DNA from: Chrysomallon squamiferum
Taxonomy: Eukaryota > Animalia > Mollusca
Reading direction: 5' to 3'
DNA: 64,000 nt
Assembly: GCA_012295275.1 (NCBI GenBank)
Contig: CM022679.1
Span: 7,378,001 to 7,442,000, forward strand
The notes under the pieces are model-generated. The model was not told the DNA's origin. It worked only from the letters and a program-made list of their open reading frames with translations, and searched no databases. The translations under genes and the position numbers were made by a program. This document shows, one piece after another, positions 1 to 16,730 of the stretch (positions within the stretch are counted from its first letter, which is position 1; every line of letters begins with the position of its first letter).

Positions 1-223
1 TTTTTTCATCCTAAGACAGTTCTTATTGTGTCGTGGTTATTTTAACAAAAGCACTCTATGTGTATTTCTGTTTCTGGGAAGGTATAAATGAAAAATGTCT
101 AGTTGCTAATTGACAAAAGTCACGAACAGTATTGCAGCAACATATTTTCTCTCTATTCATTACAAAAATGAAAAGGTATATGTTTGATAACAACCTTTCA
201 TTTATAAATATATTTGTGAAATA

Positions 224-254
<31 letters not shown>

Positions 255-568
255 CCATTCATTTATTAAATGCTTCCAAAGCACAGGCCTTTCACTTAAG
301 TATAATATATTTTTTTGGCTTTACGATTATTAACCGATCATGTCGAGTTTAATTATTTACCTCTTGCTGATTTATCCATCGTTATCGTAAAAATGTTATT
401 TAGATGTTCAGTCTATTACTACCACTACTACTGCTTCTCAGTGGCGTAACTAAGATATGGCAGTTACAGCACGTGGCCTGAGCGCCACTTGAAAGAAACG
501 CCACAGAGCACTTTGTATTCAGCTTTACTGATATTTTTATGCTGAATTTTATGTGTGTATAAAGACGT

Positions 569-571
<3 letters not shown>

Positions 572-660
<89 letters not shown>
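572..660. repeat. (CT)n microsatellite
   Basis: Perfect dinucleotide run. Confidence 0.98.
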
Positions 661-664
<4 letters not shown>

Positions 665-931
665 TAATAATAATAATAAGTTATTAGGCAACTGTTAATT
701 TACGTAATGGCGTTGCTTATACAAACATCAACAGTGACTGTTGCCATAGTAATGAGAAAACACAGAAACAGAGATTCTTTGTGATATGATGTGCAAGGAT
801 TGATCGCACCACTCTTTCAGTTTTGTTTTATCAATATCTTTCACAAACACATCTATTGATTTGATCTGATATAAATAAAATAACCTGAGACTTTTTAACT
901 GAAAATTGCATGAATCCATTCCAAACAAAAT

Positions 932-949
932 GACTACTACTATTACTAT

Positions 950-1008
<59 letters not shown>

Positions 1009-1288
1009 TTAATACTACTATTACTACTGCTACTCCGATTGTTACATCTGCTTCTTCAACTAATACTGTTATCATTGTTATCATTATTATCACTACAACT
1101 ACAACAACTGCTGGTACTATTAATACTACTGCAGCTACTGAAACAAAAAACTACTACTACGATCGCTACTACAACTACCACTAGTGCTACATTTTCTTCG
1201 GATGCTGCGGTTTTTGATACAACCATCATTACTAAGAGCAATAAAAATATAACAAAGAAGAAAAATGAAAAAAAAAAAAAAAAAAATA

Positions 1289-1325
<37 letters not shown>

Positions 1326-1326
1326 A

Positions 1327-1361
<35 letters not shown>

Positions 1362-1390
1362 AGAAGAAGAAGAAAAAGAAAGAAAATAAT
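932..1390. repeat. (ACT)n, poly-A and (AAT)n low-complexity block
   Basis: Directly visible; source of the poly-T/V/L/K ORFs. Confidence 0.93.
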
Positions 1391-1877
1391 AAGGAGAAGA
1401 AAACTTAACTACTAATTACTGTTATTTTCGGATCAATCATCATCAGCATTATTATTATTATTATAATTGTTGCTCTGTCTCTTTGTAAGCCCTTGTCAGG
1501 GATGTGTGTACTAAAATAAGCTAATCCTGTAACCGCCACAAAGTAACAATTAATCTTTCTGACATGCAACGGCCATCAGACAGCGAATTTTCATTAACCT
1601 GTGAGCGAAACGTTGTTAAAAATTGATTTGCAATTTGTCGGCCAAGTGAGACTGTGATTCAAGCCTTTGTGAGAGGAATATTTCTTACGTCACTGAATAA
1701 AACACACATCGGCAAGGTTAACTAGCTGACACTGCTAGGAGATGGAAATTACATTCGTTTTCTTGTCGCTTCACAACATCAGTCTGTGACAGTGACACTG
1801 TAATGTAGCGAGGTTGCTCCTTTACGTAATGGGTCAAGAGTTTACATGGCAGGATTGAAATATTTCAGAACGACCTG

Positions 1878-1882
<5 letters not shown>

Positions 1883-1965
<83 letters not shown>

Positions 1966-2069
1966 ACACACACACTCACACACACACACAAAAACACATA
2001 TATACGTACATATATACACACACACACACATTCACACACACACATTGTTTTGACACACATACACACACA
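1883..2069. repeat. (GA)n followed by (CA)n microsatellite
   Basis: Directly visible. Confidence 0.97.
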
Positions 2070-3329
2070 TTATTTATTTTGAGGAATTAAACAGATAAGA
2101 ACTTCTTTACAGACTGATTTTTGAAAAAAAAAGTTTTGACATTAATTATTTATTTTGTATCATTAAACGTGCTGACTTCTTTAATGACTGTCTAACCCCA
2201 CAAAACACACAAAAACTCTCTTACAAACCTTTTTGTTAATTAAGAACCATGTGGCAGCGAGGCTGAACGTCCACAGATAAAGTGTAATTATGCTACGAGA
2301 ACGATCACCCATTTATATGTAAATTATAAATCCTAGTTAAAACAGATCATGTAATCTTTTATATTTAAAATGTTATAACTGTATAATTAACTTGTCAACA
2401 GCGCCCCTCTTTGGCATGATTTATTTTGGCAGATAAACATTTGTTGTTCTTACTCTTTTTTACTCAGTGTATTCAGTAAAAAAAAAAAGTAAAATAAAAA
2501 AATAAAAAAAATAAAAAAATTGGTTATGGTTTCTAGTGAAAAACGCATCTGTATTTAATTTAAAACGTGTCTACAAAGATAAAATAATTTTTTTATACCC
2601 CGAATGTTATTCATTTTCTTTAAGATCAGAATTCATGACGATTTTAAAATAAACCCCAGTTATTTTATGACGTCATGTCGTAACAAGATTTGTATAAACC
2701 CAAACACAAAATTAATTTAGGTTCTTTGTTCGTTCAACTACTGGTACACCTCAAATATTCTGTCTTTACTTAGTTTGTTTCATAACGTTACCTTTTTATT
2801 CATAACAAAATTTCTATGAATATGACGAATGATATAAATTGGACTTCGCTGAATATTCAGCCGACGGAAAAGATATTTGCACATGTATTAGGAGTGTATT
2901 GGTTTCCACGTTCTAGATATCCTGATAACAAAGAGAACTGAAACTTAATCTTTATCATAAATCATTAGGCTTCATTCATCCTTTATAATCATTTATCTTT
3001 CTCGTTCTCCATCTCTTTATTACAAAATTTCTTTGTTTCTTTCTTTCCTTCTTTGTTTTCTTCGTTCTGTCATATTTTTCTCTTTATTCAAAATTAAACA
3101 GTGAAACAATTACTTGTAGCTATTCTAGTGTCACTATGTTTAATCTTGTAGCAGTGTATGTTTGTGTGGATTACGTTTACCTTTGACACAGAAATGTAAA
3201 ATGGTCAGTTAAGTCACAGACTGTCGTGATACTAATATCCTCTTGCGATTCCAACTTACAAATGACCGATCAATATCACCAGCTTAATGCCTTGGGCAGG
3301 ATGTTCATTTCACCCAAAGCTCCGCTCTC

Positions 3330-3356
3330 TGTTTATTTACAAGTAACCCTGGCAAC
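3330..3356. promoter_or_regulatory. Putative forkhead + RFX X-box composite site upstream of the calcyphosin-like gene
   Basis: TGTTTATTTAC (two overlapping forkhead-type TRTTTAY sites) lies next to GTAACCCTGGCAAC (3343-3356), which fits the X-box consensus GTNRCC(N0-3)RGYAAC. Motif match only. Confidence 0.35.
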
Positions 3357-3913
3357 CAGAAAGCGCGTGTTCATGATTGGCATTGTTGTAACTTCTTTAG
3401 AATCTAGCGATTATCTATAGAGCACCTTTCCGACACTGAGGTCATTTTCCTGTAGATGTTTCAGTACTTACAGCTGAACCCTGACTTTTACTCCGGCCAA
3501 GTACACAAAATATTTCATTTCTACTGAGCATTCCTCTGACATTAAACTGCCCTCCTATCTGTCTTCGCTTCCAGTTATATGCAATCAACAGATTAAGCGC
3601 CTCTATAGCCCATTACTTGGAAGCAATATTCTATCACCTGTACCGTTAACAGAAGATAAAAGTGCTCGGAAAGAAATATGTCCGTTTCTGTTAGGTTCTG
3701 GAAGACATTGTGAACGTCTGGGGATACGTGTAAATGGGAAACAGTTGCAGCGGACTGACAGAAAGGAACAGTGCTGTTTAACCTGGCGCGTGTGATTGGA
3801 ACGATTGATCGCTTTTCTCTGCTTTTAAAACTGTCAGCTGCGAGAGCGTTCACACGAGGTGGAAGGCACGCATCATTAAAGTTCTTTAAAGCGTTTTGCC
3901 GAGCAGCAGCGGA

Positions 3914-4274
3914 ATGGAAGACAGGAAGAAAGAACTGCTGGCCAAACTTCGCTCGCAGTGTCTTACCCGAGGGTGCGGGGGAATTAAGCACATATCCACA
4001 GCTTTCAGAAAGATGGACATAGATTACTCCAAGAGAATCTGTATTAACGAACTGAGGGAGGCGATACACAAAACTAACCTCGGCTTCTCCGACCACGACG
4101 TCAACCTGCTGTTCGATCTGTTCGACGGGGACAGAAACGGGGGCATAGATTTTAACGAGTTCATGCTGCAGCTGAGGCCGCCCATGTCGCAAAGTCGCGT
4201 CTCTGTCGTGAACGAGGCGTTTGATAAGTTAGACGTGAACAAAGACGGAGAAATAAGACTTGATGATCTCAGAG
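3914..4274 (+). CDS. CAPSL: Calcyphosin-like EF-hand calcium-binding protein, coding exon 1
   Basis: ATG at 3914 gives MEDRKKELLAKLRSQCLTRGCGGIKHISTAFRKMDIDYSKRICINE...FDGDRNGGIDFNEFMLQLRPPMSQSRVSVVNEAFDKLDVNKDGEIRLDDLR. It carries calcyphosin-family hallmarks (LRxxCLxRGxxGI, LRPPMS, AFxKLD) and EF-hand loops. Donor AG|GTAAGG at 4274/4275, phase 1. The symbol is a family-level call; orthology was not tested. Confidence 0.93.
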
Positions 4275-6770
<2,496 letters not shown>

Positions 6771-7015
6771 TTGTTTATGCAGCGAACGCTCGAAGACACC
6801 CGAAATTTCTCTCCGGGGAATGGACGGAAGAAGAAACTTTACGTCACTTCCTGGACAGTATCGATACTCCCGGATGTCCCGATGGCAAAGTAACACGTGA
6901 GGAATTTTTGAACTACTACGCGGGTGTTAGCTCCACCGTTGATGACGACTGTTACTTCGATCTCGTCATGAGAGCTTGCTACAATCTGCCTCAAAAGAAA
7001 ACGACAAACAGTTAG
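6771..7015 (+). CDS. CAPSL: Calcyphosin-like protein, coding exon 2 (terminal)
   Basis: Pyrimidine-rich acceptor ...cttcttgtgtactttcag ends at 6770. The phase-1 join reads VVYAANARRHPKFLSGEWTEEETLRHFLDSIDTPGCPDGKVTREEFLNYYAGVSSTVDDDCYFDLVMRACYNLPQKKTTNS, stop TAG 7013-7015. This matches the calcyphosin C-terminus (HPK..GEW, EEFxNYYAGVS, YF..M). Joined CDS is 606 nt (201 aa). This frame is not in the ORF track. Confidence 0.93.
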
Positions 7016-7097
7016 TGTCCACTTACCTCAGTAAAGAGCCACAGTGGACAGCTTGCTTGCTAGGCGCAGAAAAAGTCAAGTGAACAGAGTTCAGAAT

Positions 7098-7475
7098 ATG
7101 ATAATACTTGTTTGAATAGTCTATGTTTGATAATGCTTGTTTGAATTACGGAATCAGATTTTGTAAAGATCAGTCGTCGGTCGATGTATGATGATACTTA
7201 TTTGAATTATTGAATCAGGGTCTGTAAAGATCAAACGATGGATGATAATACTTACGTGAATTACTTAATCAGGTTGTTTAAAGGCTCAGTTGATCTATAT
7301 TAATATTTGCTTGAATTAATGAAGGAGTTTCTTTCAAATTTCAGTCGATGTATGATAATATTAATTTGAATTATTGAATTACTTGAATCAGTAAAGCTGA
7401 GTCAGTATATGATAATACTTGTTTGATTTACTCAATCAAATTCTTTAAAGATCAGTCGATGTATGATAATATTTG
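7098..7475. repeat. Degenerate ~55-bp tandem repeat just downstream of the stop codon
   Basis: Recurrent ATGATAATAYTTRTTTGAATTA...AATCAG...AAAGATCAGTCGATGT units, about 7 copies. Confidence 0.8.
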
Positions 7476-9309
7476 TTATTTGACGGTTTAACATGTACAA
7501 TATTCACTCTGGTTAACCTGTACAATATACAGTCTGGACTGAAAAAGATACACTAGTTTTAATTTAGTTTGTGTTGAGTTTGTAAAATTGCTGGATATTT
7601 TTAGCTTTCTTAGGCGGACAACAAGATAATGTAAGTTCTGTCTCGTCTATATTTTACTCCAGCAGTTGCGAAATATTTAATACAGCAGTATGTTAAACAT
7701 ATGTACTATAAAAAACACATTGATTATGAAATGTATCATTCGTAAAATATTTATAACAGACTGAACACATTTATAATGAATGAATCTTTTAGAAAATATC
7801 TATGTCAATGAATCATATTCTAAACAAAATTTAAAACACCCCCGCAATGTTGAATATTCATGTCTGTATTATGTTAATAATGTTTAAAATAATTTTCAAT
7901 GTATGAATAACTTTAAGAATTTTTTTTTTCGAATGTTGTACTAATGTTATTTAAATGATGTATGAGAAAATATTTAACTCACTGAATATCTCAGGTGTTA
8001 ATAATAATGATAATTTTTTATTTTTTATTTTTAAATCAGAAACATTTAATGTATATTATGATCTCTTTCAGAACTTTTTACGTAGACATATATGTTTTAG
8101 ACTATATAATAATAATAATAAATCTCTCTTTTAGACGCACGCACATACAAACACAAAATTGTTTCTTGAGTATAGTTAAATGCTATCAGTAAGGGTTATA
8201 CCATTGAGACACGCATGGATCTTATCAAAATATATCACAATTTTACCCAGACTTATTAATTTATTTTATTTCAGAGGTAGACCATTATGGTTCTCAGCAC
8301 CACAAACATGTAATGGGCAAACTGAAGTATCTGTTGCAGCTTAGCACACCTATCAGAGATCTATAATTAAAATCAGGAATTTATTTTATTTTTTTATTTG
8401 TTTTTAAAAAAAAAAACATTTTGGTAGAAAAATGCTACAAATGTGAACAAAAGTGGACAAAACAATATTATTTACACAATGACAACTGTATACAAATACA
8501 AAGGATTTGCACCAGCTTGGCGGTAGAAACAGGGAACTAAGATGATGAATAAAATGTAAAATAATCTATGAACAAAAGTGATGCTCAGACAAACAAGAGT
8601 GTAAGGAAACAGAAGATTTGTCCAAGCTGGTCGCGTGCAACAGATGTCTGATTATGCATATTCTATTTTATTTTATTTACTCGTAAGCTTTACTTACAGA
8701 AAATAATTTCGTGCGGAATGAATTTTAAATATTTTGTCATGCCCTAAAAACCAGGAATAGAATAATAATTGAATTAGCGGGTCATGCTGGTTTTATAACA
8801 CGAACACTGTTACAAACACGTACAGAATAATTCAATCATGTTTATTCTGTACTAAAATAAACGTCAATATCTGAACCTGTCTCGAAGGTAAATCTGTTGA
8901 AATGTGTAATTTTAATTCGCAGAAAAACATAACTTTGATAATCCAAGAAGCAGCCTATATCGCTGGGTTTTATAGATCAATGTTTGTTTTTTTTTTTTTT
9001 TTTTTTAAATTCTTTTGTTTTTGAGTTTGAAAATCGTTGATCTTGAAATTTATATCCATCTAAATCATGACGTTTTCTTAAGTGAAATCCTGGGTTCGCC
9101 CTGTTAATAAATATAGTCTATAGAAGTTTAGCTCCTTTGATATTTGTTCATCACATTTGTACAATAAAACACAGATGTTTCTGAATGAAAATCAACACTG
9201 ACAAAATTTACGTTTCTAGAAGTAGCGGCTAATCCATTGTTGAAATCAATATACATGCGTAGGCATTCTTTTATTATCAATTGTTTGTTTTCAGTTATTT
9301 ATTTATTTT

Positions 9310-9369
<60 letters not shown>

Positions 9370-9855
9370 TTTTTCTTTTTCTCTTCTTTTAAGGCACATT
9401 CCCTTGCTATATTGTTTGTAACTAAGGAGACAAACAAAGTGAAGAAATGAATGTGATCTCTCGTTGCTTTTTGTTTTTGTTGTGTTCGTTGTGAAACGTG
9501 TGTATATTATGTAATACTCTACTCAGAATAATATAAAATACTCAGCTATCTTTGGAACACAAATTTAAATATACATAAAATAAATAAATATATAAATAAA
9601 TTTAAATACCGAAGCTACATATAAAAAATAACATTAATATATATTCACACGACAGAATTTTAAAGTGTATTTTGTTAAAAAATGTAAAGATTTGTCGCCT
9701 ATAACTTAATAACCATAGTGAAGTATATTCATTTTATTTCCGTTATTTTTGTTGCTGTTGTTGTTATTGTTGTTACTATTTTCTTTATACTTAAGACGTA
9801 CTTTGAAGTGGAATATTTTAGGCTTAATAACATCTTAAATAATGTTCCTTGTTCC

Positions 9856-9894
<39 letters not shown>

Positions 9895-10359
9895 TATGTA
9901 TGACCGTTATCTCTCATTACATAACTTTAAAATTATTAAATTTCAGACCCACCAAGACATCGTTTTGTTGTTTTCTCTTTTTATCTATGGGAAATTCCGA
10001 CACAATATACACATTACATTCAGGCGAGGCATTTGTGAAGTCCAGATGGACATATTTAATTATTGATAGATACATGTAATTAGTTTCTCAAAAACCCATT
10101 AATTCAGTTTCTCCACTGTTTTAACCGCCCTTATCAGTATAATTAACAACTGATATGATCCAATTTTTTATTATTATTCTTATTATCATCATTATTGTTA
10201 CTGTTAGGCAGGTTTAATGTATCAAAATGATGCTTTCTGAAGTGAAAAAATTAAACAAAATAATAAAAAAACTTATATATGATAATGAAAACTGGGAAAA
10301 CAACATCTGAACATGCACAAACAAAGGCACTCATACACTGACGTGCAAATGCCCATACC

Positions 10360-10777
<418 letters not shown>

Positions 10778-11399
10778 TGTGTATGTGTGTGAAGACAGTT
10801 CAATGGAAATAAAGATTGAGTATATTTAAAATATTTTGGTATTTTATCTCATTGTTTTCTATATCATTTGTATTAAGTGATAGTATATTCTGTAAAATAT
10901 CCAGTAAATTACGTTTCTTGTACCACCGAGCTGGAAATCAGGCATAATAAAACACTGAAGTGAAAACGAATTTGTGTTTGTTTTTATTTTATTTTTACAC
11001 CAGAGAGAAGGTTGATTTTGGAAATAAATAAATAAATAAAGAATATATTTATTCAGAAATAAATGATTACTTTCCGTCTCAAAAAAAAATTTTTATTAAT
11101 TTATTTACCTGTTCTTAGGTCATGAAGTAATAAATGTTCCAATTACCCCATTGTTAAAAATTACTATTGTTTTAAATCAGTCTTTTAAATATCTGCGTAT
11201 GTTTATAAAGTATGAGACTGTCATAAATAATTTAAATCTAAAAGTAGTACAGTTAACGCAGTATTAAATTCAATTCACCAGTTAATATTGAATATTGTCG
11301 CTTCCTCAGGCTAAACGTGTATGTGCGTGGGTTGGAAATTATGATTAAGAGGGTTCCGTTCTAAGCATAAAGCAATTCAGTTATTGCTGATACACTGAT

Positions 11400-11451
11400 A
11401 ATAATAATAAATAACAATAATAATAATTTATAATAATAATAATAATAATAA

Positions 11452-11536
<85 letters not shown>

Positions 11537-11589
11537 GTAATAATAATAATAATAATAATAATAGTAATAATAATAATAATAATAATAAT
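11400..11589. repeat. (AAT)n microsatellite
   Basis: Directly visible. Confidence 0.97.
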
Positions 11590-12900
11590 GCCTACCAAAC
11601 TCAACCTATAGTAATTTTACTCCGCTGTACCAAGTGGCATGTTAGAAACACGTTTCTCTATTTTATTACTGCTTATCACAACTACACTGTAATAAAAATA
11701 AATTAAATCCCAACTAATAAAAATACTGTAACTGCTAAAAACCATGAACTCAGTATTGACAAAATGCAATGTATCCGCACAATAAGACACATTAATAATG
11801 AATGTATAATATATTAAAAATATTTTATTACGAACATCCGGCAGTTCTGTAATACGTGATGGTATCGAACACAGAATTCATTTAGAATGTGTATGTGTGT
11901 AATTATGATTTACTCTTCTAAATCATTGCTAAACAGAAGGGGACAAATTTTCTACGTCTTATTGTAATGAAAATTAATCAGCTGTGGGATTTTTCAGTGA
12001 GTAGACTTTAACAAATAATAAAAAAAGAATCATAAATTAAATTACTGAAGTAGGTATTTATCAAACACAAATTCAAAGAACTGTAACTCTGGATAAAACG
12101 TGTCTATTCAGGCAGTTTGTTGTCTGACATTTTAAATATAATCAGAACCCATTTCATATTATTTACCGTATATATGTGTGTGTGTGCGTGCATGCGTGCG
12201 TGCATGTAATTTGCCCACACCTCTAATAAAATATAAATAATATAAATAAATTAATAAATTAATAAATTAAAATATAAATAATAATTCAGACTAAATAAAC
12301 CAAAGTACAAAAAGACATTTTTTGTTTTTTTTGGATCTGCATTTTATTAATTATATTTGAAATAATTCCAAATGTTTAATCAAGAAACCACAATTATTTA
12401 TCTCTGTAAAAGTAACGAAAATTGAAGGCAAAGAAGATGAAAATTCAACATCTGACAATAATTAAGAAAGACATGTTATTTAATCAGCGACTGACAAATG
12501 CCAAATATTTGACACGAATAATATTCCCTGCTGTCTGACCACGAAGTTCTGTTACTAATTAACAAGCTCTGGGGACAGTTTATAACCAGAAAATATGTTA
12601 GAGATTAGACGTTACTGCCATATATCTCAATAAAAACCTCAAAGAAAGTAGCCACTGATCAATCTAATGAGAAGGAGGTGTACAAATGATGGAAGGAAAT
12701 TTTCCCTTACAGACCATGGAAAAGAACTGAAAAGATCGTGACAAAGATTATTAATTTTATCTTCTTTTTTTTTCTTCAGATATTTAATTAACATTGTTGT
12801 CAGTCAGTGAACAGTTTTATATCTTAATCAGATTAACAACAACAACAACAGAAATGACATAAAATACATAAATAAAAAATATTAATAATAATAATAAAAA

Positions 12901-12936
<36 letters not shown>

Positions 12937-14426
12937 AATCAGTTACACTGGTACAGTTTGAACTTTAATAGTATCATATAATCAAACTTTCTCATTCAGA
13001 CAAATGCAAAGCTGGTTATAGGCCCAAATCAGATCAGAAATGGATGCCCCATTTAAAACTTCTCATTAAGTATTTTTTAACAGTACTGTATAACTCTTTT
13101 TCAAAATATCAATTTACAATGTAAAGAATATTTTTAAAGGATCTTTCACCCTCTTCCTCTATTTTAAATCAGACCTAAACCTAAAAACAGACACATGTAA
13201 TATCATGATATAACAGTGTAAAGGAAAATTATTCATGGAAAGCTCACACATTTTATCTTCATAATTATTTATTTAATTTCACTTTTACGATAAACAACAC
13301 TTAAAATTACACTGCAATACTATTATTAATGTACCTATTAAATACCTGTAATAAATAATCATCATAATGCACAAATACCAGATTTTCAAACTAAATAAAA
13401 CTGTTCAGTCTTTTTTTGCTCAAGGGATAAACGATTGGAGAAAGGTTTGAATCATTATTATGGTGGATCTAATTTGCAAGATGAAGTATCTTCGGTTTTA
13501 TAATACTGATATTCATGAAAAACAAAAAAAAAAATAATAATAATATAAAAATATTTAATAATTAATTAATTAATTAAATTAATTAATTAATTAAAAAAAA
13601 ATCCAAAATTAAATGCAAAATCAAATGCAAACAAACAGTCAAATAAACTATCAAAAATAAACAACAACCAAAAGTAAAAAAAAAAAAAAAAAAAAAATCC
13701 AAAATCAATAAATAAATAAATACATAAATAAATAAATTAAGTAATTAAATCAACATAAATTAGAATAAATCAAAATCAAATTCAAACAAACAGTCGAATA
13801 AACGATCAAAACCAAACAACAACAACAACCAAAAGATAAAACAAAATCTAAATAATAAGTCAATAAATAAATAAATAAATAAATAAACAAACAAACAAAT
13901 AAATAAACAAACAAATAAATAATTACTGATAGAAACTGGTTGAGACACTGCACATCTCGTGTCATGGATATTCGTGTACACTGTATCTTAGTGTTTACAG
14001 AACTAAAATTAACACTGGCAGACCTTCAAACACTAGTTTAAAATTTTCATATCTCCATTGGGTGAAACCAAAACAAGGTATCAGAAGTGACATAAATAAT
14101 TTACTATTGCCCTTGAGTCTCGACATATTTTTTGAAATAAAAGTGAAACTGAATTAACAGTCCAAACCCTTTAGAAACAACATTGTGACATAGGATACCT
14201 GTTTGTGATTAGGCATAATATAAATAATAAAATAGCTTATCTTTCTAAATAGTATATCAGGTTTTAATTAAGTTAAAAAGTTGAGATACCAAACGTAGAT
14301 AATTACTATTATTATTTTTTATGACATGAACAAAGATATTATGTTTCTGAGAGCATTATAAAAAGTGGTTTGTAATATCAACATGTTACAAAAACTTTGA
14401 CAAACAGTTTAGTTGCAAATAAATAT

Positions 14427-14539
<113 letters not shown>

Positions 14540-14717
14540 TCACTCACTCACTCAGAGTATTAGAAAATTGTTTGTAATATCAGCATATTAGGGAAACCGA
14601 AAATACTCTAGAACAAATATGAAATCTCACATACATACATCGATAGAATCAATACATAATTATTTTAAAAGCACATAATTGTGAACACTGTAATATGAGA
14701 ATCAGTTTAGAGAAACA

Positions 14718-15141
14718 AATACGGATAAAATTAATTACTAAAGAGTTTTCAAGCAGAACTTCATTTTTTTCTATATTGTTTTAAGTTATAAATAAGGGAG
14801 AAGAAAAACCCCACAAAAAAAGGTGTTTTTTGGAGGTTTTTTTTAATTGTTTGTTAGTTTTATTTTTTTATTTTTAACATGAAATCAAAATGTAAAGAAT
14901 AGACTGATGTCAGTTTTTCTTCTTGTTTTGTACATATATAAATTATTATCATCACCATAGGACGATGTATTTATTATTTATATTTTGGTTTAAAACGATT
15001 TATTTTAGGCACTATTAAATCAAGAATAATGATATATTTACAATGCCAGCATTTTGTAATTTTTTACACGTATATCTAATTCCGTGGCAGTGCTGACTAT
15101 ATACAAGTCTATATCTATGTGTTCTATCCTCACTTTCTTAA

Positions 15142-15179
<38 letters not shown>

Positions 15180-15422
15180 ATAATAATAATAATAATAATG
15201 TTTATTGTTGTTGTTGTTTTTGTATTTTGCACTTGTTTACTTATTTATTCATTTATGTATTATAATTACTACAGTTATTTATTTATTTATTTATTTATTA
15301 TTGTTGTTCTTGTTATTGTTGTAATTAATTAATTTATTCTGCCTTATTTATAACTTAAAATAATATAGAATAACAATGAAGTTCTGCTTGAAAACGCTTT
15401 AGTAATTAATTTTATCCGTATT
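14718..15422. repeat. Inverted repeat, ~90-bp arms (14718-14806 / 15333-15422)
   Basis: aatacggataaaattaattactaaagagttttcaagcagaacttcat... is the reverse complement of ...atgaagttctgcttgaaaacgctttagtaattaattttatccgtatt with few mismatches. Confidence 0.9.
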
Positions 15423-15621
15423 ACGTCACGCGTTTGTTATGTTATGGTTACAAACTTAGCGAACATATATATATATATATATATATATTAATTACAACAA
15501 TAACAAGAACAACAATAATAAATAAATAAATAAATAAATAACTGTAGTAATTATAATACATAAATGAATAAATAAGTAAACAAGGGCAAAATAAAACAAC
15601 AACAACAACAATAATTATTAA

Positions 15622-15660
<39 letters not shown>
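15178..15660. repeat. Inverted repeat, ~150-bp arms (15178-15329 / 15487-~15660)
   Basis: ...ttgtttacttatttattcatttatgtattataattactacagttattt... vs ...aaataactgtagtaattataatacataaatgaataaataagtaaacaag... are reverse complements. Confidence 0.9.
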
Positions 15661-15663
<3 letters not shown>

Positions 15664-16730
15664 TTTTTTATTATTATTATTTCAACGCAAATAAAATTAA
15701 GAACTGAAGCTTCGAGTGTCCGATTTAAACTTCCACATTCCAAAATAGAAATCACAGGAAAATGGATTTTCAATCCTTTACTGAATCCCATCTCACTCTA
15801 ACGTAATTCTTTCTTTTCATTGGACAGCACACACTACGACGTAAAAGAAGTCACCTTCACTGAGCAATGCCTTCGCCAAGGAGTTGTGTTTTTTTCGCTG
15901 AAAACGTTTCGCGTTAAAATCTACTGAAACGACATCATTCTCTGATATATGTGAAAATATATTCTTGATGTAACTCTGTTTATGTCTGACACTTTTCGAA
16001 TATGTCTATGATTATACTAATGGTGAAAATTCTTGATATTGTTCAAAGTACCACAAAATTTACACGCGCTTGTTTTAATTTTATTCTGTTTAGCATCAAT
16101 AGTTTGCTTCTGACAGTGTTTTCTGATCATTTAGTTAAGATTAAGAAATAAATAGTTTAAAATGTACAATAATATATGTATATATTCATTTTGAAAACAT
16201 AACTGAAAACAAAATGAAACAAAACAAAAACAGCCAAAGGAATATGCGGACGATTAATTTCAGCGGTGATAATTTGTTACTAATTAAAGTCAGTATAAAT
16301 TGGTTTTCTGTCGTCTGCTAGAATTATGACGTAATTCGCTTACATGTTATACATGGGACAGAACAAATTGCAAAGGTATTTAATATCATTACAGAAATTT
16401 TATTTCTAGATACAGATGAAGCAGTACCAATAATAGCAAGACCTGTAGTAGTAGCAGTAGTAGTAGTAGTAGTTGTTGTTGTAATAGTTGTTACTGTCAC
16501 AGTGTTAATAGATTTATTTATTTATTTATTTATATTAACAAAGCTTTTTTGTTTAATATAGTTCAACAAGTGTCACCTGTAGCAATAGAAAATAATGGGC
16601 TGTAAATTAATAGGTCACGTTTTAACCGTCGCTGTTTATTGACAAATTACGTCACGCGTTTATGCTGCTATGGTTACAAACTTAGCGTACATATATATAT
16701 AAGAGAAAACGGCCAGCAACGAAGGCACAG

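Noticed and set aside
439-510. hAT-like terminal motif CAGTGGCGTAACTA (similar short motifs near 9090, 45545 and 50140)
   Set aside because: No partner TIR or 8-bp target-site duplication found; too short to call an element.
728-1326. Poly-Thr/Val/Leu/Lys ORFs (also 4846-5130, 27994-28551 and the SLSL/ERER/CVCV ORFs)
   Set aside because: Translations of (ACT)n, (GA)n, (CA)n and poly-A microsatellites, with no splice or domain support.
3593-4192. 199-aa minus-strand ORF
   Set aside because: It is antisense to the calcyphosin exon and best explained as a shadow of that coding sequence; no recognisable domain.
10127-10138. 12-nt match to the reverse complement of miR-184 (and an 11-nt miR-375-like match near 54198)
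   Set aside because: Matches are partial and have no precursor hairpin; expected by chance.
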